A DNA stretch of 64,000 nt from an uncultured beta proteobacterium (GTDB taxonomy: Bacteria; Pseudomonadota; Gammaproteobacteria; Burkholderiales; Casimicrobiaceae): positions 560,374-624,373 of the forward strand of contig CAVQWR010000001.1 of the NCBI GenBank assembly GCA_963717695.1, written 5' to 3'. Each line of letters begins with the position of its first letter. The first letter of the stretch is position 1. The notes under the pieces were generated by a model. It saw only the letters and a program-made list of their open reading frames with translations, had not been told where the DNA came from and did no database searches. The position numbers and the translations under genes are program-made. This document shows positions 1-10,515 of this stretch, piece after piece.

Positions 1-585
1 GCTGCCGCGGCGCGCGTGTCGCAGGCCGACGCCGCACATTATCCGACGTTCCGCTTGAACGGCACGCTGGGCTTGAGCGCCCTCACCCTCGGCGGACTCA
101 GCGGCGGCAGCGCACTGGTGGCCGCGTTGCTTGGCGCGGTCTCGGTGCCGATCTATGCCGGCGGTGCAATCACTGCACAGGTCCGCGCGCAGGAGGCGGC
201 GCTTGACCAGGCACGCATCGCCTACGAGGTGGTGGTGCTGGGTGCATTGAAGGAAGTCGAGGATGCGCTCGTTTCGCTGTCCACCTCGCGCGAGCGGCTG
301 GCAACTCTGCGCCGCGCCGCTGACGCCGCCCGAAATGCGTCGCTGCTAGCAAGGTATCGCTACAACAGCGGCCTGATTGACTTCCAGTCCGTGTTGCAGA
401 CCCAGGTGACGCTGCTTTCGGTCGAGGACAGTGTGGCCAATGCGCAGGCCGACATTGGCGTCGCCCACGTCCATCTGTACAAGGCACTGGGCGGGGGATG
501 GCAGCCCGAGTCCGCGGTAATGGCGTCACCCGATGTCCAAAGCGCCATCACTAGACCGACCACGCCGATGAAGGCAATCTCATGA
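1..585 (+). CDS. Efflux outer-membrane factor lipoprotein (NodT/OprM/TolC family), C-terminal part; 5' end lies outside the window
   Basis: Frame 1 is open from the window edge. The C-terminal sequence (..YRYNSGLIDFQSVLQTQ..LYKALGGGW) is the conserved end of outer-membrane factors. The stop overlaps the next start (ATGA at 582-585). Confidence 0.8.
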   Translation, partial: AAAARVSQADAAHYPTFRLNGTLGLSALTLGGLSGGSALVAALLGAVSVPIYAGGAITAQVRAQEAALDQARIAYEVVVLGALKEVEDALVSLSTSRERLATLRRAADAARNASLLARYRYNSGLIDFQSVLQTQVTLLSVEDSVANAQADIGVAHVHLYKALGGGWQPESAVMASPDVQSAITRPTTPMKAIS

Positions 586-1904
586 ACGCATCCGAGGCTT
601 CTCCTGTGCCCGCCCAACGGCCGGCGGCAGCACCGGCGCCCGACGATATCGCCGCTCCCGCCCGCGTATGGCGTCGCCCATCGATATGGATCGCCGCCGG
701 CCTGGTGTTGCTCGTGATCGCCGGCGTCTGGATATGGCGGTCGCGGCAAGACGCCGCTGCCGCGCCGAGCTATGTCACCGAAGCCGTCACGCGCGGCAAT
801 TTGAGCATCACCGTCACTGCCAATGGCACGCTTCAGCCCACCCTTACTGTCAATATCGGAAGCGAACTGTCGGGCACCGTGACCCGCGTTCTGGTCGATG
901 TCAACGATCGGATCAAGAAGGGGCAGGTCCTCGTGGAGCTCGATACGGCAAAATTTGGCGATCAGGTTTCGCGTTCCCGCGCGACGGTGGCATCGGCCAC
1001 AGCGAAGGTGGCGCAGACCGTAGCCACCGTCAAGGAAATGGAGAGCAATCTTGCGCGCCTCAATGAGGTGGCGCGCCTGTCCGGAGGCAAGGTCCCGTCG
1101 AAGTCCGAACTCGACGCGGCGCAGGCGTCGTACGAGCGCGCACAGGCGGACGAGGCGGCGGCGCGGGCGGCCGTGGTGGATGCCAGGGCGGCGTTGTCGA
1201 CAGACGAGACCAATCTGTCGAAGGCGTCGATACGATCGCCGATCGACGGCATTCTGCTGACGCGCGCCGTGGATCCCGGCAACGCCGTCGCCGCGTCGCT
1301 GCAGGCTGTGACGCTGTTCACAATCGCCGAAGACCTGGCCAAGATGAGGCTGCAGGTCAACGTCGACGAAGCCGACGTGGGCCTGGTCCAGCCGGGACAG
1401 GACGCCTCATTCACGGTCGACGCCTATCCAACGCGCAAGTACCCGGCAAAGGTCACGCGCGTCGCCTTCGGCTCGACGATCACCGACAACGTAGTCACCT
1501 ACCTCACGTACCTCCAGGTCGAGAATTCCGACCTGTCGCTGCGCCCTGGCATGACGGCCACCGCGACGATCCGCGCGGCCGAGCGCCGCGATGTGCTGCT
1601 CGTGCCCAACACCGCGTTGCGCTTCACCCCATCGGACGCCGGTGCCGTCACCGCGGGGGCGGCCAAGGGCGGCGGCATCGTGAGCAGTCTGATACCGCGC
1701 GGGCCCGCGAGGGCACCCAGGGCGGCAACGGCGGCGACGGGCAGCTCGGCTGCTCGCCGGGTTTGGGTGTTGCGCGACGGCCAACCCGTGGCCGTCGCCA
1801 TCCAGCCCGGGGTCAGCGACGGCCGGATGACCGAAGTCACCTCCGCCGAGCTGCAGCCCGGCATGCTGGTCATCACCGATCAGCGCACCGCGGCGGGGTC
1901 GTGA
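582..1904 (+). CDS. macA: Efflux periplasmic adaptor, HlyD/MacA family
   Basis: 440-aa ORF with an N-terminal TM anchor (IWIAAGLVLLVIAGVWIW), an Ala-rich coiled-coil hairpin and an SPIDGIL motif. It sits between the outer-membrane factor and macB. The stop shares one nucleotide with the macB ATG. Confidence 0.8.
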   Translation: MNASEASPVPAQRPAAAPAPDDIAAPARVWRRPSIWIAAGLVLLVIAGVWIWRSRQDAAAAPSYVTEAVTRGNLSITVTANGTLQPTLTVNIGSELSGTVTRVLVDVNDRIKKGQVLVELDTAKFGDQVSRSRATVASATAKVAQTVATVKEMESNLARLNEVARLSGGKVPSKSELDAAQASYERAQADEAAARAAVVDARAALSTDETNLSKASIRSPIDGILLTRAVDPGNAVAASLQAVTLFTIAEDLAKMRLQVNVDEADVGLVQPGQDASFTVDAYPTRKYPAKVTRVAFGSTITDNVVTYLTYLQVENSDLSLRPGMTATATIRAAERRDVLLVPNTALRFTPSDAGAVTAGAAKGGGIVSSLIPRGPARAPRAATAATGSSAARRVWVLRDGQPVAVAIQPGVSDGRMTEVTSAELQPGMLVITDQRTAAGS

Positions 1905-3934
1905 TGGAGTTGCCGCCACGTGATTCCGAAGGCGGCGACACCGGCGGAAGGATGCCGGTCGCAGACGTTGATATGCGGGCGGCGGCGGGTGATTCGACAC
2001 TGATCCGGTTGCGCGGCGTCACGCGCCTGTATGGCCAGGGCCAGGCCGCGCTGTACGCGCTGAACGGCGTCGATCTCGATGTCGCCGAGGGCGAGTTCGT
2101 GGCGGTGATGGGCCCGAGCGGATCGGGCAAATCGACGGTCATGAATATTCTGGGCTGCCTCGATACGCCGACGGGAGGCGAATACGTATTCCACGGCATT
2201 CATGTCGAAACCCTCTCCCGCGACCAGCGGGCGCGTTTGCGCCGAAAATACATCGGGTTCGTCTTTCAGGGCTTCAACCTGCTCGCCCGCACGTCCGCGC
2301 AGGAAAACGTCGAGCTTCCGCTGATATACCGGGGTGAGAGCGGTACGGCGCGGCATCGGTTGGCCCGCGAAGCGTTGGCGTCGGTGGGTCTCGCGGGATG
2401 GGAGAGCCATACCCCCGGTGAATTGTCGGGAGGGCAGCAGCAGCGCGTGGCCATCGCCCGGGCCATCGTCACCTCGCCGGCGGTTCTGCTCGCCGACGAG
2501 CCCACGGGCAATCTCGATTCGGCGCGCAGCAGGGAAGTGATGGAATTGCTGGTCCAGCTCAATGCCCGGTCGGGCATCACGATCATCATGGTCACGCATG
2601 ATGCGAACATGGCCGCATATGCCCACCGGGTGATTCATTTCGTCGATGGCCGCATTCGCGGCGACGTGCTCAATCCCGCGCGCGACTCGGCCGCGATCGC
2701 GCTCGGACAAGCGGAAATCCGCCTGATGCTGCTAAGCACGATCCTGCTGGCGCTGCGTGAAATTCGCCGCAACCTGCTGCGTTCGTTCCTGACGATCCTC
2801 GGGATCGTCATAGGCGTCGGCGCCGTCATCACGATGGTGACGCTGGGCAACGGCGCAACTCAGGCGGTCAAGGATCAGATTTCCAGCCTGGGCAGCAATC
2901 TGCTGATGGTGCGTCCCGGGCAGCGCCTGGGGCCGGGCAGTCCGACCGCTGGCGCCCCGCCGTTCAAGGAAAGCGATGCAGAGGCGATCATGGCGCAGAT
3001 CGGCGGCATCAAGGCCGTGGCTCCCGAGCTGCACGTGGGGGTGACCGTCATCGGCAACGGACGCAACTGGTCGACCAGCGTCACCGGCTCGACCAATGCG
3101 TATTTCCAGACGAACAACTGGCAGCTCGCATCGGGCCGCACCTTCGAAGACGCCGAGGAAAGAGCCGGCGCAGCAGTCTGCCTGATCGGCGAGACAGTGC
3201 GGCGCGAGCTGTTCGGCAGCACTGCCGCGCTTGGCGAGCAACTGCGGGTCAAGCAGTTTTCTTGCGAGATCATCGGCGTGCTCGCGGCCAAGGGGCGAGC
3301 GGCGATGGGAAACGACCAGGACGACATCGTGCTCCTGCCGCTGCACACGGTGCAGCGGCGCGTCGCGGGAAATCAGCGCGTGTCCACGCTGCTCGTATCG
3401 ATGAACGACGACAGCGACAGCGAGCGCGTGATGAAAGGTGTGACGCAGCTTCTGCGCGAGCGGCGCAAGCTCTCGTCCGAGGACGAGGACAACTTCAACG
3501 TGCTCGACACCAAGCAGATTGCGGAGACCTTGTCCGGCACCACGAAGGTCATGACCACCCTGCTGGGTGCGGTAGCCGCAGTGAGCCTCCTCGTTGGCGG
3601 CATCGGGATCATGAACATCATGCTGGTCAGCGTCACCGAGCGTACCCGGGAAATCGGATTGCGCCTCGCGATCGGTGCGCTCGAGCGCGAGGTCCTTCTG
3701 CAGTTCCTGATCGAGGCCGTTACCCTCTCCATGCTCGGCGGCATCATAGGCATCGTCCTCTCCGCCGCGGCGTCGGTTGTTCTGGCGGACGTGATGGGAG
3801 TGCCTTTTCTGTTCAATCCCTGGATCAACGTTCTGTCATTTGTGTTTTCCGCATTCATTGGTGTGGTTTTCGGCTATTTTCCGGCGCGGCGTGCAGCCCA
3901 GCTCGATCCCATCGATGCGTTGCGCCACGAGTGA
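1904..3934 (+). CDS. macB: MacB-type ABC efflux pump, fused ATPase + FtsX-like permease
   Basis: Walker A GPSGSGKST, signature LSGGQQQRVAIARA, Walker B LLADEPTGNLD, then a 4-TM permease with a large periplasmic loop. Start 1904 was chosen because it overlaps the macA stop; the ORF-track start at 1763 lies inside macA. Later ATGs at 1952 and 1973 are possible. Confidence 0.85.
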   Translation: MELPPRDSEGGDTGGRMPVADVDMRAAAGDSTLIRLRGVTRLYGQGQAALYALNGVDLDVAEGEFVAVMGPSGSGKSTVMNILGCLDTPTGGEYVFHGIHVETLSRDQRARLRRKYIGFVFQGFNLLARTSAQENVELPLIYRGESGTARHRLAREALASVGLAGWESHTPGELSGGQQQRVAIARAIVTSPAVLLADEPTGNLDSARSREVMELLVQLNARSGITIIMVTHDANMAAYAHRVIHFVDGRIRGDVLNPARDSAAIALGQAEIRLMLLSTILLALREIRRNLLRSFLTILGIVIGVGAVITMVTLGNGATQAVKDQISSLGSNLLMVRPGQRLGPGSPTAGAPPFKESDAEAIMAQIGGIKAVAPELHVGVTVIGNGRNWSTSVTGSTNAYFQTNNWQLASGRTFEDAEERAGAAVCLIGETVRRELFGSTAALGEQLRVKQFSCEIIGVLAAKGRAAMGNDQDDIVLLPLHTVQRRVAGNQRVSTLLVSMNDDSDSERVMKGVTQLLRERRKLSSEDEDNFNVLDTKQIAETLSGTTKVMTTLLGAVAAVSLLVGGIGIMNIMLVSVTERTREIGLRLAIGALEREVLLQFLIEAVTLSMLGGIIGIVLSAAASVVLADVMGVPFLFNPWINVLSFVFSAFIGVVFGYFPARRAAQLDPIDALRHE

Positions 3935-3978
3935 AACGGATGCGATACAGACCCTGATCCGGTCCTACCGGACCGCTT

Positions 3979-6642
3979 TTGAATGGGCTTGGCCCACGTT
4001 TGCCCACCAGTGAGATGCATACCAATGACCGCGGTTCGCGTCGGCACCCAGCAAACGTAGCCGGCGGGAACATTGCGCCTGATTCTGCCCGCCTATTGGA
4101 ACAGGCGTGCTCCGATACCACCGCAGTCCTGAACGAGCTTAGATCGCAACTCGGCGGTTTGAGCGAGGCGGAAGCCGGTTCTCGCCTGAAGCAGATCGGC
4201 CCCAACGAGATTGCCAGGCAGAAGCGTCAATCGGCGCTGATGCGGCTCCTGGCAAACATCAGGAATCCGTTGGTCCTTCTGCTCCTGACGCTGGGCGCAC
4301 TTTCCTATCTTACCGGCGACCTGCGTGCGACAGTCGTCATCTTCGTGATGGTGGTTCTTGGCGTCGTGCTCCGCTTCTTCCAGGAGATGAGGGCGGATGA
4401 CGCGGCCGCGAAGCTCCAGGCGATGGTCAGCAACACGGCGACGCTGGTGCGCGATGGAAAGGAAAGGGAAGTCTCGCTCGAGATGTTGGTCCCCGGAGAT
4501 GTCATTCGACTGGCAGCGGGTGACATGGTGCCGGCTGATGTACGCGTGCTTTCGGCCAAAGACCTGTTCCTGAATCAGTCGGCCCTCACCGGCGAAGCCC
4601 TGCCCGTAGAGAGGAAGGCCATCCCGGCATCGGCCGACATTGAGAGCCCGCTGGAACTTCCCAATATCTGCCTCTTGGGCTCCAACGTTGAGAGCGGAGC
4701 AGCAACGGCCGTGGTGATCCACACCGGGGACCGGACGTACTTCGGTTCGCTGGCCGCCAGCATCGTCGGGCAGCGCCAGCTGACCAGCTTCGACAAGGGC
4801 ATCAACAAGTTCACGTGGCTGATGATCTGCTTCATCGTCGTGATGGTTCCAGCCGTGTTCCTCATCAACGGGCTGAGCAAGCACAACTGGATGGAAGCGT
4901 TTCTGTTTGCCATGGCGGTGGCAGTCGGACTGACCCCTGAGATGCTGCCCATGATCGTGACCGTCAACCTTTCCAAGGGTGCCCTTGCAATGGCACGCAA
5001 AAAGGTGATTGTCAAACGCCTGAATGCGATCCAGAACTTCGGGGCGATGGACGTGCTTTGCACCGACAAGACCGGCACGCTCACCCAGGGAAAAATCGTC
5101 CTCGAGAAGCATCTGGACGTGTATGGCGATCCCAGCGAGAGGGTGCTGCACTACGGTTACCTGAACAGCTACCACCATACCGGATTGAAGAATCTGCTCG
5201 ACGAGGCGATCCTCGACCACGAGGAACTGGAAGAACGCCTGAAGGCGAATGAGCAGTACCGCAAGATCGACGAGATTCCGTTCGACTTCGTACGACGCCG
5301 GATGTCGGTGGTGGTGGAAGACAAATCCGGGCTGAACACGCTGATCTGTAAAGGTGCGGTGGAGGAAGTGATGCGCCAGTGCACCCGAGTGGAAGTCAAA
5401 GGGGAGATCATCGAAGTCTTGCCGGAACACGACGCCAAACGCCGGCAGTTGGCGGACGATCTCAATGGCCAGGGCTTCCGGGTAATTGCCCTGGCCTACA
5501 AGCAAATGCCGGGTGCCTCAGACGAGCCTGTCTACTCTGTCAAGGATGAGTCCGACCTGATACTGCTGGGTTTCCTGGCGTTTCTCGACCCACCGAAGGA
5601 CACCGCTGTAGAGGCCCTCAAGCGGCTTCACAATCTGAGCGTAGATGTCAAGGTCCTGACTGGCGACAATGAGATTGTCACCGCCTACATCTGCAAGGAG
5701 GTGGGCATGCCGGTGGAGCAACTCTTGCTCGGTTCGCAGATCGAGGCGATGAGCGAGATCGATTTGGCCGAAGCCGCCACCGCGACCAGCGTTTTTGCCA
5801 GGCTGGCGCCAGCTCACAAGGAACGCATCATTCGTGCGCTGCAGAGCAAAGGCCATGTGTTGGGGTTTCTGGGCGATGGCATCAATGACGCCCCGGCTCT
5901 GAAGGCTGCGGATGTGGGCATTTCGGTGGACAGTGCGGTGGACATCGCCAAGGAGTCATCCGATATCATTCTTCTGGAAAACAGCCTGCTGGTGCTGGAA
6001 CAGGGTGTGCTGGAAGGCCGGCGGGTATTTGGCAACATCGTCAAGTACATCAAGATGGCTGCCAGTTCGAACTTCGGCAACATGTTCAGTGTCGTGGGGG
6101 CCAGCGCCTTTCTGCCGTTCCTGCCCATGCTGCCGATCCAGGTACTCATCAACAACCTCCTTTACGACTTTTCGCAAACCACGATTCCCACCGATGTCGT
6201 GGATTCGGAGTGGCTGATCAAACCACGCCAATGGACGATAGACAAGATCCTGCGTTTCATCTTGTTCATCGGACCGATCAGCTCGATCTTCGATTACCTG
6301 ACGTTCTTCATGATGCTGTACATTTTCAACTGCTGGAGCGACCCGGTTCTGTTCCATACGGGGTGGTTTGTGGAATCGCTGTTCACCCAGACTTTGATCA
6401 TCCATGTCATTCGCACCAACAAGATTCCATTCATTCAAAGCCGGGCCAGTTGGCCGCTCATCCTCACTTCGCTGATCATCATCGCAGTCGGCGCGTGGCT
6501 GACGGTTTCGCCCCTCGCGGAAACGCTTGGGTTCGTCCCGCTTCCGCCGCTGTATTGGCGATACCTGGCCCTGATGCTGCTGGGCTACGCGATTCTGACG
6601 CAGCTGGTGAAGACCTGGTTTATCCGCAGGTTTGGCGAATGA
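3979..6642 (+). CDS. mgtA: Magnesium-importing P-type ATPase
   Basis: 887 aa with P-type motifs DKTGTLT, LTGDN and GDGINDAPAL and MgtA-like N- and C-terminal membrane segments. An alternative start is the ATG at 4015. Confidence 0.9.
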   Translation: MNGLGPRLPTSEMHTNDRGSRRHPANVAGGNIAPDSARLLEQACSDTTAVLNELRSQLGGLSEAEAGSRLKQIGPNEIARQKRQSALMRLLANIRNPLVLLLLTLGALSYLTGDLRATVVIFVMVVLGVVLRFFQEMRADDAAAKLQAMVSNTATLVRDGKEREVSLEMLVPGDVIRLAAGDMVPADVRVLSAKDLFLNQSALTGEALPVERKAIPASADIESPLELPNICLLGSNVESGAATAVVIHTGDRTYFGSLAASIVGQRQLTSFDKGINKFTWLMICFIVVMVPAVFLINGLSKHNWMEAFLFAMAVAVGLTPEMLPMIVTVNLSKGALAMARKKVIVKRLNAIQNFGAMDVLCTDKTGTLTQGKIVLEKHLDVYGDPSERVLHYGYLNSYHHTGLKNLLDEAILDHEELEERLKANEQYRKIDEIPFDFVRRRMSVVVEDKSGLNTLICKGAVEEVMRQCTRVEVKGEIIEVLPEHDAKRRQLADDLNGQGFRVIALAYKQMPGASDEPVYSVKDESDLILLGFLAFLDPPKDTAVEALKRLHNLSVDVKVLTGDNEIVTAYICKEVGMPVEQLLLGSQIEAMSEIDLAEAATATSVFARLAPAHKERIIRALQSKGHVLGFLGDGINDAPALKAADVGISVDSAVDIAKESSDIILLENSLLVLEQGVLEGRRVFGNIVKYIKMAASSNFGNMFSVVGASAFLPFLPMLPIQVLINNLLYDFSQTTIPTDVVDSEWLIKPRQWTIDKILRFILFIGPISSIFDYLTFFMMLYIFNCWSDPVLFHTGWFVESLFTQTLIIHVIRTNKIPFIQSRASWPLILTSLIIIAVGAWLTVSPLAETLGFVPLPPLYWRYLALMLLGYAILTQLVKTWFIRRFGE

Positions 6643-6990
6643 AGGTGATGACGAGTACTGCGGGGCAATGATTCACGAAACAGCGATTGCCGGAGTGGCA
6701 AACACGACCCCAAAGGCGGGAGTCGAGGAGTTAGCCCACCAACTGGGACATCCCCGCATACCGACCCAATCGGCTGGAAACGCAGCGCCCGCGTCCTCAA
6801 TCTCGGACAAAGTAGGAAATTTCAGACGATGAAAGCCGCCGCACTGACGCCGAGCCTGCTCGACCAGATCGACGCCTACTGGCGCCGCGACCTGCGGATG
6901 CCGGATTTCCATGACTACGCGGTTGACGTTCCCTCGCCGGGCGCAATTGGGCATGAGGCATGACCCACGACATTCAAGAGGAGTAGTTGC

Positions 6991-8473
6991 GTGGTGACCA
7001 CGGGCAGAACAGGCAAGGACGAACTCCGCGCGATCGCGCACGACGTGATGCTCCAGCGCGGGTTGCTGCCGGATTTTTCCGCTGCCGTTGTTGCGGAGAC
7101 CCGAAATATCAGCGGGAGCCGCCCCGGCGTCCGATCCCGCGATTCGCGATTTGCGAGGCCTGCTCTGGGTGTCGATCGACAACGACGACTCGCGGGATCT
7201 CGATCAGCTGTCCGTTGCTGAACCCATGGAGGATGGCACGGTAAAGATACTGGTCGCCATCGCGGATGTCGACGCGCTGGTGAAAAAGGACTCTGCGATC
7301 GACGGCCATGCGTGGACCAACACTACGTCGGTCTACACACCGGCAGAGATCTTTCCGATGCTGCCGGAAAGGCTATCGACCGACCTGACGTCGCTGGGCG
7401 AAGGTCAGGAGCGATTGGCGATCGTGGTCGAAATGGTGATTGCGGGGGACGGGACCGTGACGTCGTCCGACATCTACCGGGCGGCGGTCCTGAACCGCGC
7501 CAAGCTTGCCTACAACGCGCTCGCCGCCTGGATCGAGGGCAAAGCACCTCCACCGCCCAAACTCGCAGGCACACCGGGACTGGAGGAGCAGATCCGCGTC
7601 CAGGATCGAACCGCGCAGGCGCTGAAAAGTGTCCGACACGCGCATGGCGCGCTGCACCTCGAAACGCTGGAAGCCCGGGCCGTGTTCGACGACGGAGTGC
7701 TATCCGACTTGGTGCCGGACGAAAAGAACCGGGCAAAGGAGCTGATCGAAGACTTCATGATCGCCGCCAATGGCGTGACCGCAAAATATCTCGATTGGAA
7801 AGGTCTGCCATCGCTGCGCAGGGTGCTGCGCACGCCAAAGCGCTGGGATCGGATCGTTGCGCTGGCGGCCGAGTCGGGCGAGCGGCTGCCCGTGGCTCCG
7901 GACGCTGTTGCGCTGGACTCCTTCCTGACGAGTCGCCGCGAGGTCGACCCCGTTCGCTTTCCCGACCTTTCCCTCGCCATCGTCAAGCTGCTGGGCCGGG
8001 GCGAGTACGCTCTCGAAGTGCCTGGCCAACCCCAGGAGGGGCATTTCGGATTGGCCGTGAAGGACTACACACATTCGACGGCGCCGAATCGCCGCTTTCC
8101 CGACCTCATCGCGCAACGACTTCTGAAAGCGGCGCTCGGCCTGCAACCGTTGTCGTATGCCATCGATGAGCTCACGATACTGGCGCGCCACTGTACCGAG
8201 CAGGAAGACAATGCCACCAAGGTGGAACGGCAGGTTGCGAAGTCGGCGGCCGCATTGCTCCTCTCTTCGCGGATCGGCGCGCGGTTCGATGCGATCGTGA
8301 CGGGTGCGTCGGAAAAAGGAACCTGGGTGCGTATTTCCGGGCCGACAACGGAGGGCAGAGTCATCCGCGGATTCGAGGGCCTTGATGTGGGTGACCGCGT
8401 CCGCGTGCAGCTTGTCCATACCGATGTCGCGCGCGGCTTCATCGACTTTTCGGCGGTGCCTTCAAGACCATGA
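6991..8473 (+). pseudogene. RNB-domain exoribonuclease (RNase II/R-like), reading frame broken once near its 5' end as sequenced
   Basis: A GTG at 6991 has the SD AAGAGGAG 8 nt upstream and opens frame 1 (MVTTGRTGKDELRAIAHDVMLQRGLLPDFSAAVVAE). The conserved body (IRDLRGLLWVSIDNDDSRDLDQL ... to stop 8473) is in frame 2. The switch lies about 7095-7125. Confidence 0.75.
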
Positions 8474-9249
8474 CTTCCCGAGGTCCCCCGCCCAAGGCGC
8501 TCGCCTACAAGAACGAGAAGTTCCTCGACAGCAACGATGCGCGGCCGCTGCGCATCCTTGCCGAGTACCTCGAACCGGTGCATACATTTCATCGCGAGCA
8601 CGTTTGCGACACGATCGTGTTCTTCGGTTCGGCACGTGCAGCGCCCGACGGTCCGCTCGCCCGGTACTACGATGCGGCGCGCGAGCTGGCGCGGCTGGTC
8701 ACCAACTGGTCGAAAAGCCTGCCTTCGCACGCCCACAGGTACGTCGTATGCACCGGTGGCGGTTCCGGCATCATGGAGGCCGCCAACCGTGGTGCCTTCG
8801 AGGCGGGCGGCAAGACCATTGGCCTCAACATTGCGCTGCCACGCGAACAGCATCCAAACCCTTACGTCACCCGGGCATTGGCGTTTGAGTTTCACTATTT
8901 CTTCATGCGCAAGCTGTGGTTTGCGCATCTGGCACGCGCACTGGTGGTATTTCCCGGCGGCTTCGGCACCCTTGACGAGTTAACCGAAATTCTGACGCTG
9001 ATGCAGACCAACAAGCTCGATCGTCACATCCCGATCGTGCTCTACGGATCGGCATACTGGAACGAGATCATCAATTTCGACGCCCTCGTCCGGCATGGGA
9101 TGATCGGCGAGGACGATCTTGGACTGTTCAAATTCGCCGACGATCCGGCGACCGCGCTCACCTTGCTGCAAGCGGGAATCACGGCGGACCTCGAAACGGC
9201 GACGCCCGCCATCGCGCACTCGCGCAAACGCGGCGCTGAGAAGGCCTGA
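8470..9249 (+). CDS. LOG / TIGR00730-family Rossmann-fold nucleotide-binding protein
   Basis: Motifs GGGSGIMEAANRGA and PGGFGTLDEL. The ATG overlaps the RNB stop (ATGA at 8470-8473). Confidence 0.85.
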   Translation: MTSRGPPPKALAYKNEKFLDSNDARPLRILAEYLEPVHTFHREHVCDTIVFFGSARAAPDGPLARYYDAARELARLVTNWSKSLPSHAHRYVVCTGGGSGIMEAANRGAFEAGGKTIGLNIALPREQHPNPYVTRALAFEFHYFFMRKLWFAHLARALVVFPGGFGTLDELTEILTLMQTNKLDRHIPIVLYGSAYWNEIINFDALVRHGMIGEDDLGLFKFADDPATALTLLQAGITADLETATPAIAHSRKRGAEKA

Positions 9250-9445
9250 TCGGAGCGACAGACATGGTGGTCGTCGAATCGTCGCATTTGGCGGGGTGCG
9301 TCACCACAATGACAAGCGTGGCCGACGAGCTCCACCCACGGGCTGCGCTACCGTTGATGTCGACCGGGGACAGGACTGCGGGTTGCGCACGTGCGGCCAT
9401 TGATCGCATCCGTGCACAGAGCGCGGTGGGAGCGGACAATACCGC

Positions 9446-10372
9446 ATGCGGAGCTGGATGGCGCAGATGACCATCAAGGATCTTTGGGGTCTCGTCAAGG
9501 CAGCCGCATCGGGCTGGGTCAATGACTACGCGCAGAGCATGGGTGCGGCGCTGGCCTACTACACGATGTTCTCGATCGCCCCGCTGCTGCTGATCGTGAT
9601 CTCGATCGCCGGAATTGTCTTCGGCGACCAGGCCGCGCGCGGCGAAATCTTCCTTCAGCTCGAAGGCTTGCTGGGCGCCCCGGGTGCGCTGGCAGTGCAA
9701 GGCCTGCTCGAGAGCGTGCGCAAGCCGGCGGAGAGCGTCGCGGCCACGGTTTTCGGAATCGTCCTGGTGCTCATCGGCGCCACCTCCGTCTTTGGCGAGC
9801 TGCAGGATGCGCTCGATCGCATCTGGCGTGCGCCGGCTCGAGTCGGACGCTCCGGTCTGCTGGGATTGATAAGGGCGCGATTGCTGTCGTTCGGCATGAT
9901 TCTCGGGGTCGGATTCTTGTTGATGGTCTCGTTGGTGGCGAGCGCGGCGTTGAGTGCCGTGCGAAAGTGGTGGGGCCCGGCGTTGGGTGAATGGACGGCG
10001 GTGGCAAGCATCATCGAACTCTGTTCGAGCTTCGTTGTGATCACCGTGGTATTCGCGATGATCTACAAGCTCGTGCCGCGCGTACGGATCGACTGGAAGG
10101 ATGTCTGGATCGGGGCTGCAACGACGTCGCTGCTGTTCACGATCGGCAAGTTCCTGATTGGCGCTTACATCGGAAGAAGCGGCATCGCTTCAGGCTTCGG
10201 CGCCGCCGCCTCTCTGGTCGTCGTGCTGGTTTGGGTTTATTACTCCGCTCAGATCTTCCTGTTTGGGGCGGAGTTCACCTGGGCGTATGCGCACAAGTTT
10301 GGCTCCCGCAGGGGCCTTGCGGCGGAAGCCGCTTCCGTCATGCCCTCTCCAGGCGTCTCGTCCAAATCCTAG
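9446..10372 (+). CDS. YihY/BrkB-family inner-membrane protein
   Basis: 308 aa, polytopic, with the family N-terminus (..AQSMGAALAYYTMFSIAPLLL..) and C-terminus (YYSAQIFLFGAEFT). The start could be 9458 or 9467. Confidence 0.85.
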   Translation: MRSWMAQMTIKDLWGLVKAAASGWVNDYAQSMGAALAYYTMFSIAPLLLIVISIAGIVFGDQAARGEIFLQLEGLLGAPGALAVQGLLESVRKPAESVAATVFGIVLVLIGATSVFGELQDALDRIWRAPARVGRSGLLGLIRARLLSFGMILGVGFLLMVSLVASAALSAVRKWWGPALGEWTAVASIIELCSSFVVITVVFAMIYKLVPRVRIDWKDVWIGAATTSLLFTIGKFLIGAYIGRSGIASGFGAAASLVVVLVWVYYSAQIFLFGAEFTWAYAHKFGSRRGLAAEAASVMPSPGVSSKS

Positions 10373-10515
10373 GAATCCGTGCTCATTCGGCTCGGGTGAG
10401 ACTAGACGAGAGACGCGTCGTCCACTTCACCACGTTCGGACCCGCCGTCGGCAAATGGATGAGGGAAACGCTGCCCCGCCGCTTGCTGGGCTCATTCGGG
10501 CCGTGAAATCCGCGA

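Noticed and set aside
6829-6963. 44-codon ORF beginning MKAAALTPSLLDQIDAYWRR, reminiscent of the phosphoketolase N-terminus (..LSPELL..DAYWRA..)
   Set aside because: The similarity covers only about 15 residues and is lost afterwards in all three frames. That is too short to call a gene fragment without a database search.
6673-7182. 169-aa minus-strand ORF between mgtA and the RNB gene
   Set aside because: It overlaps the RNB N-terminal coding region on the opposite strand. It has no start context or recognisable motifs and a shadow-frame-like composition.
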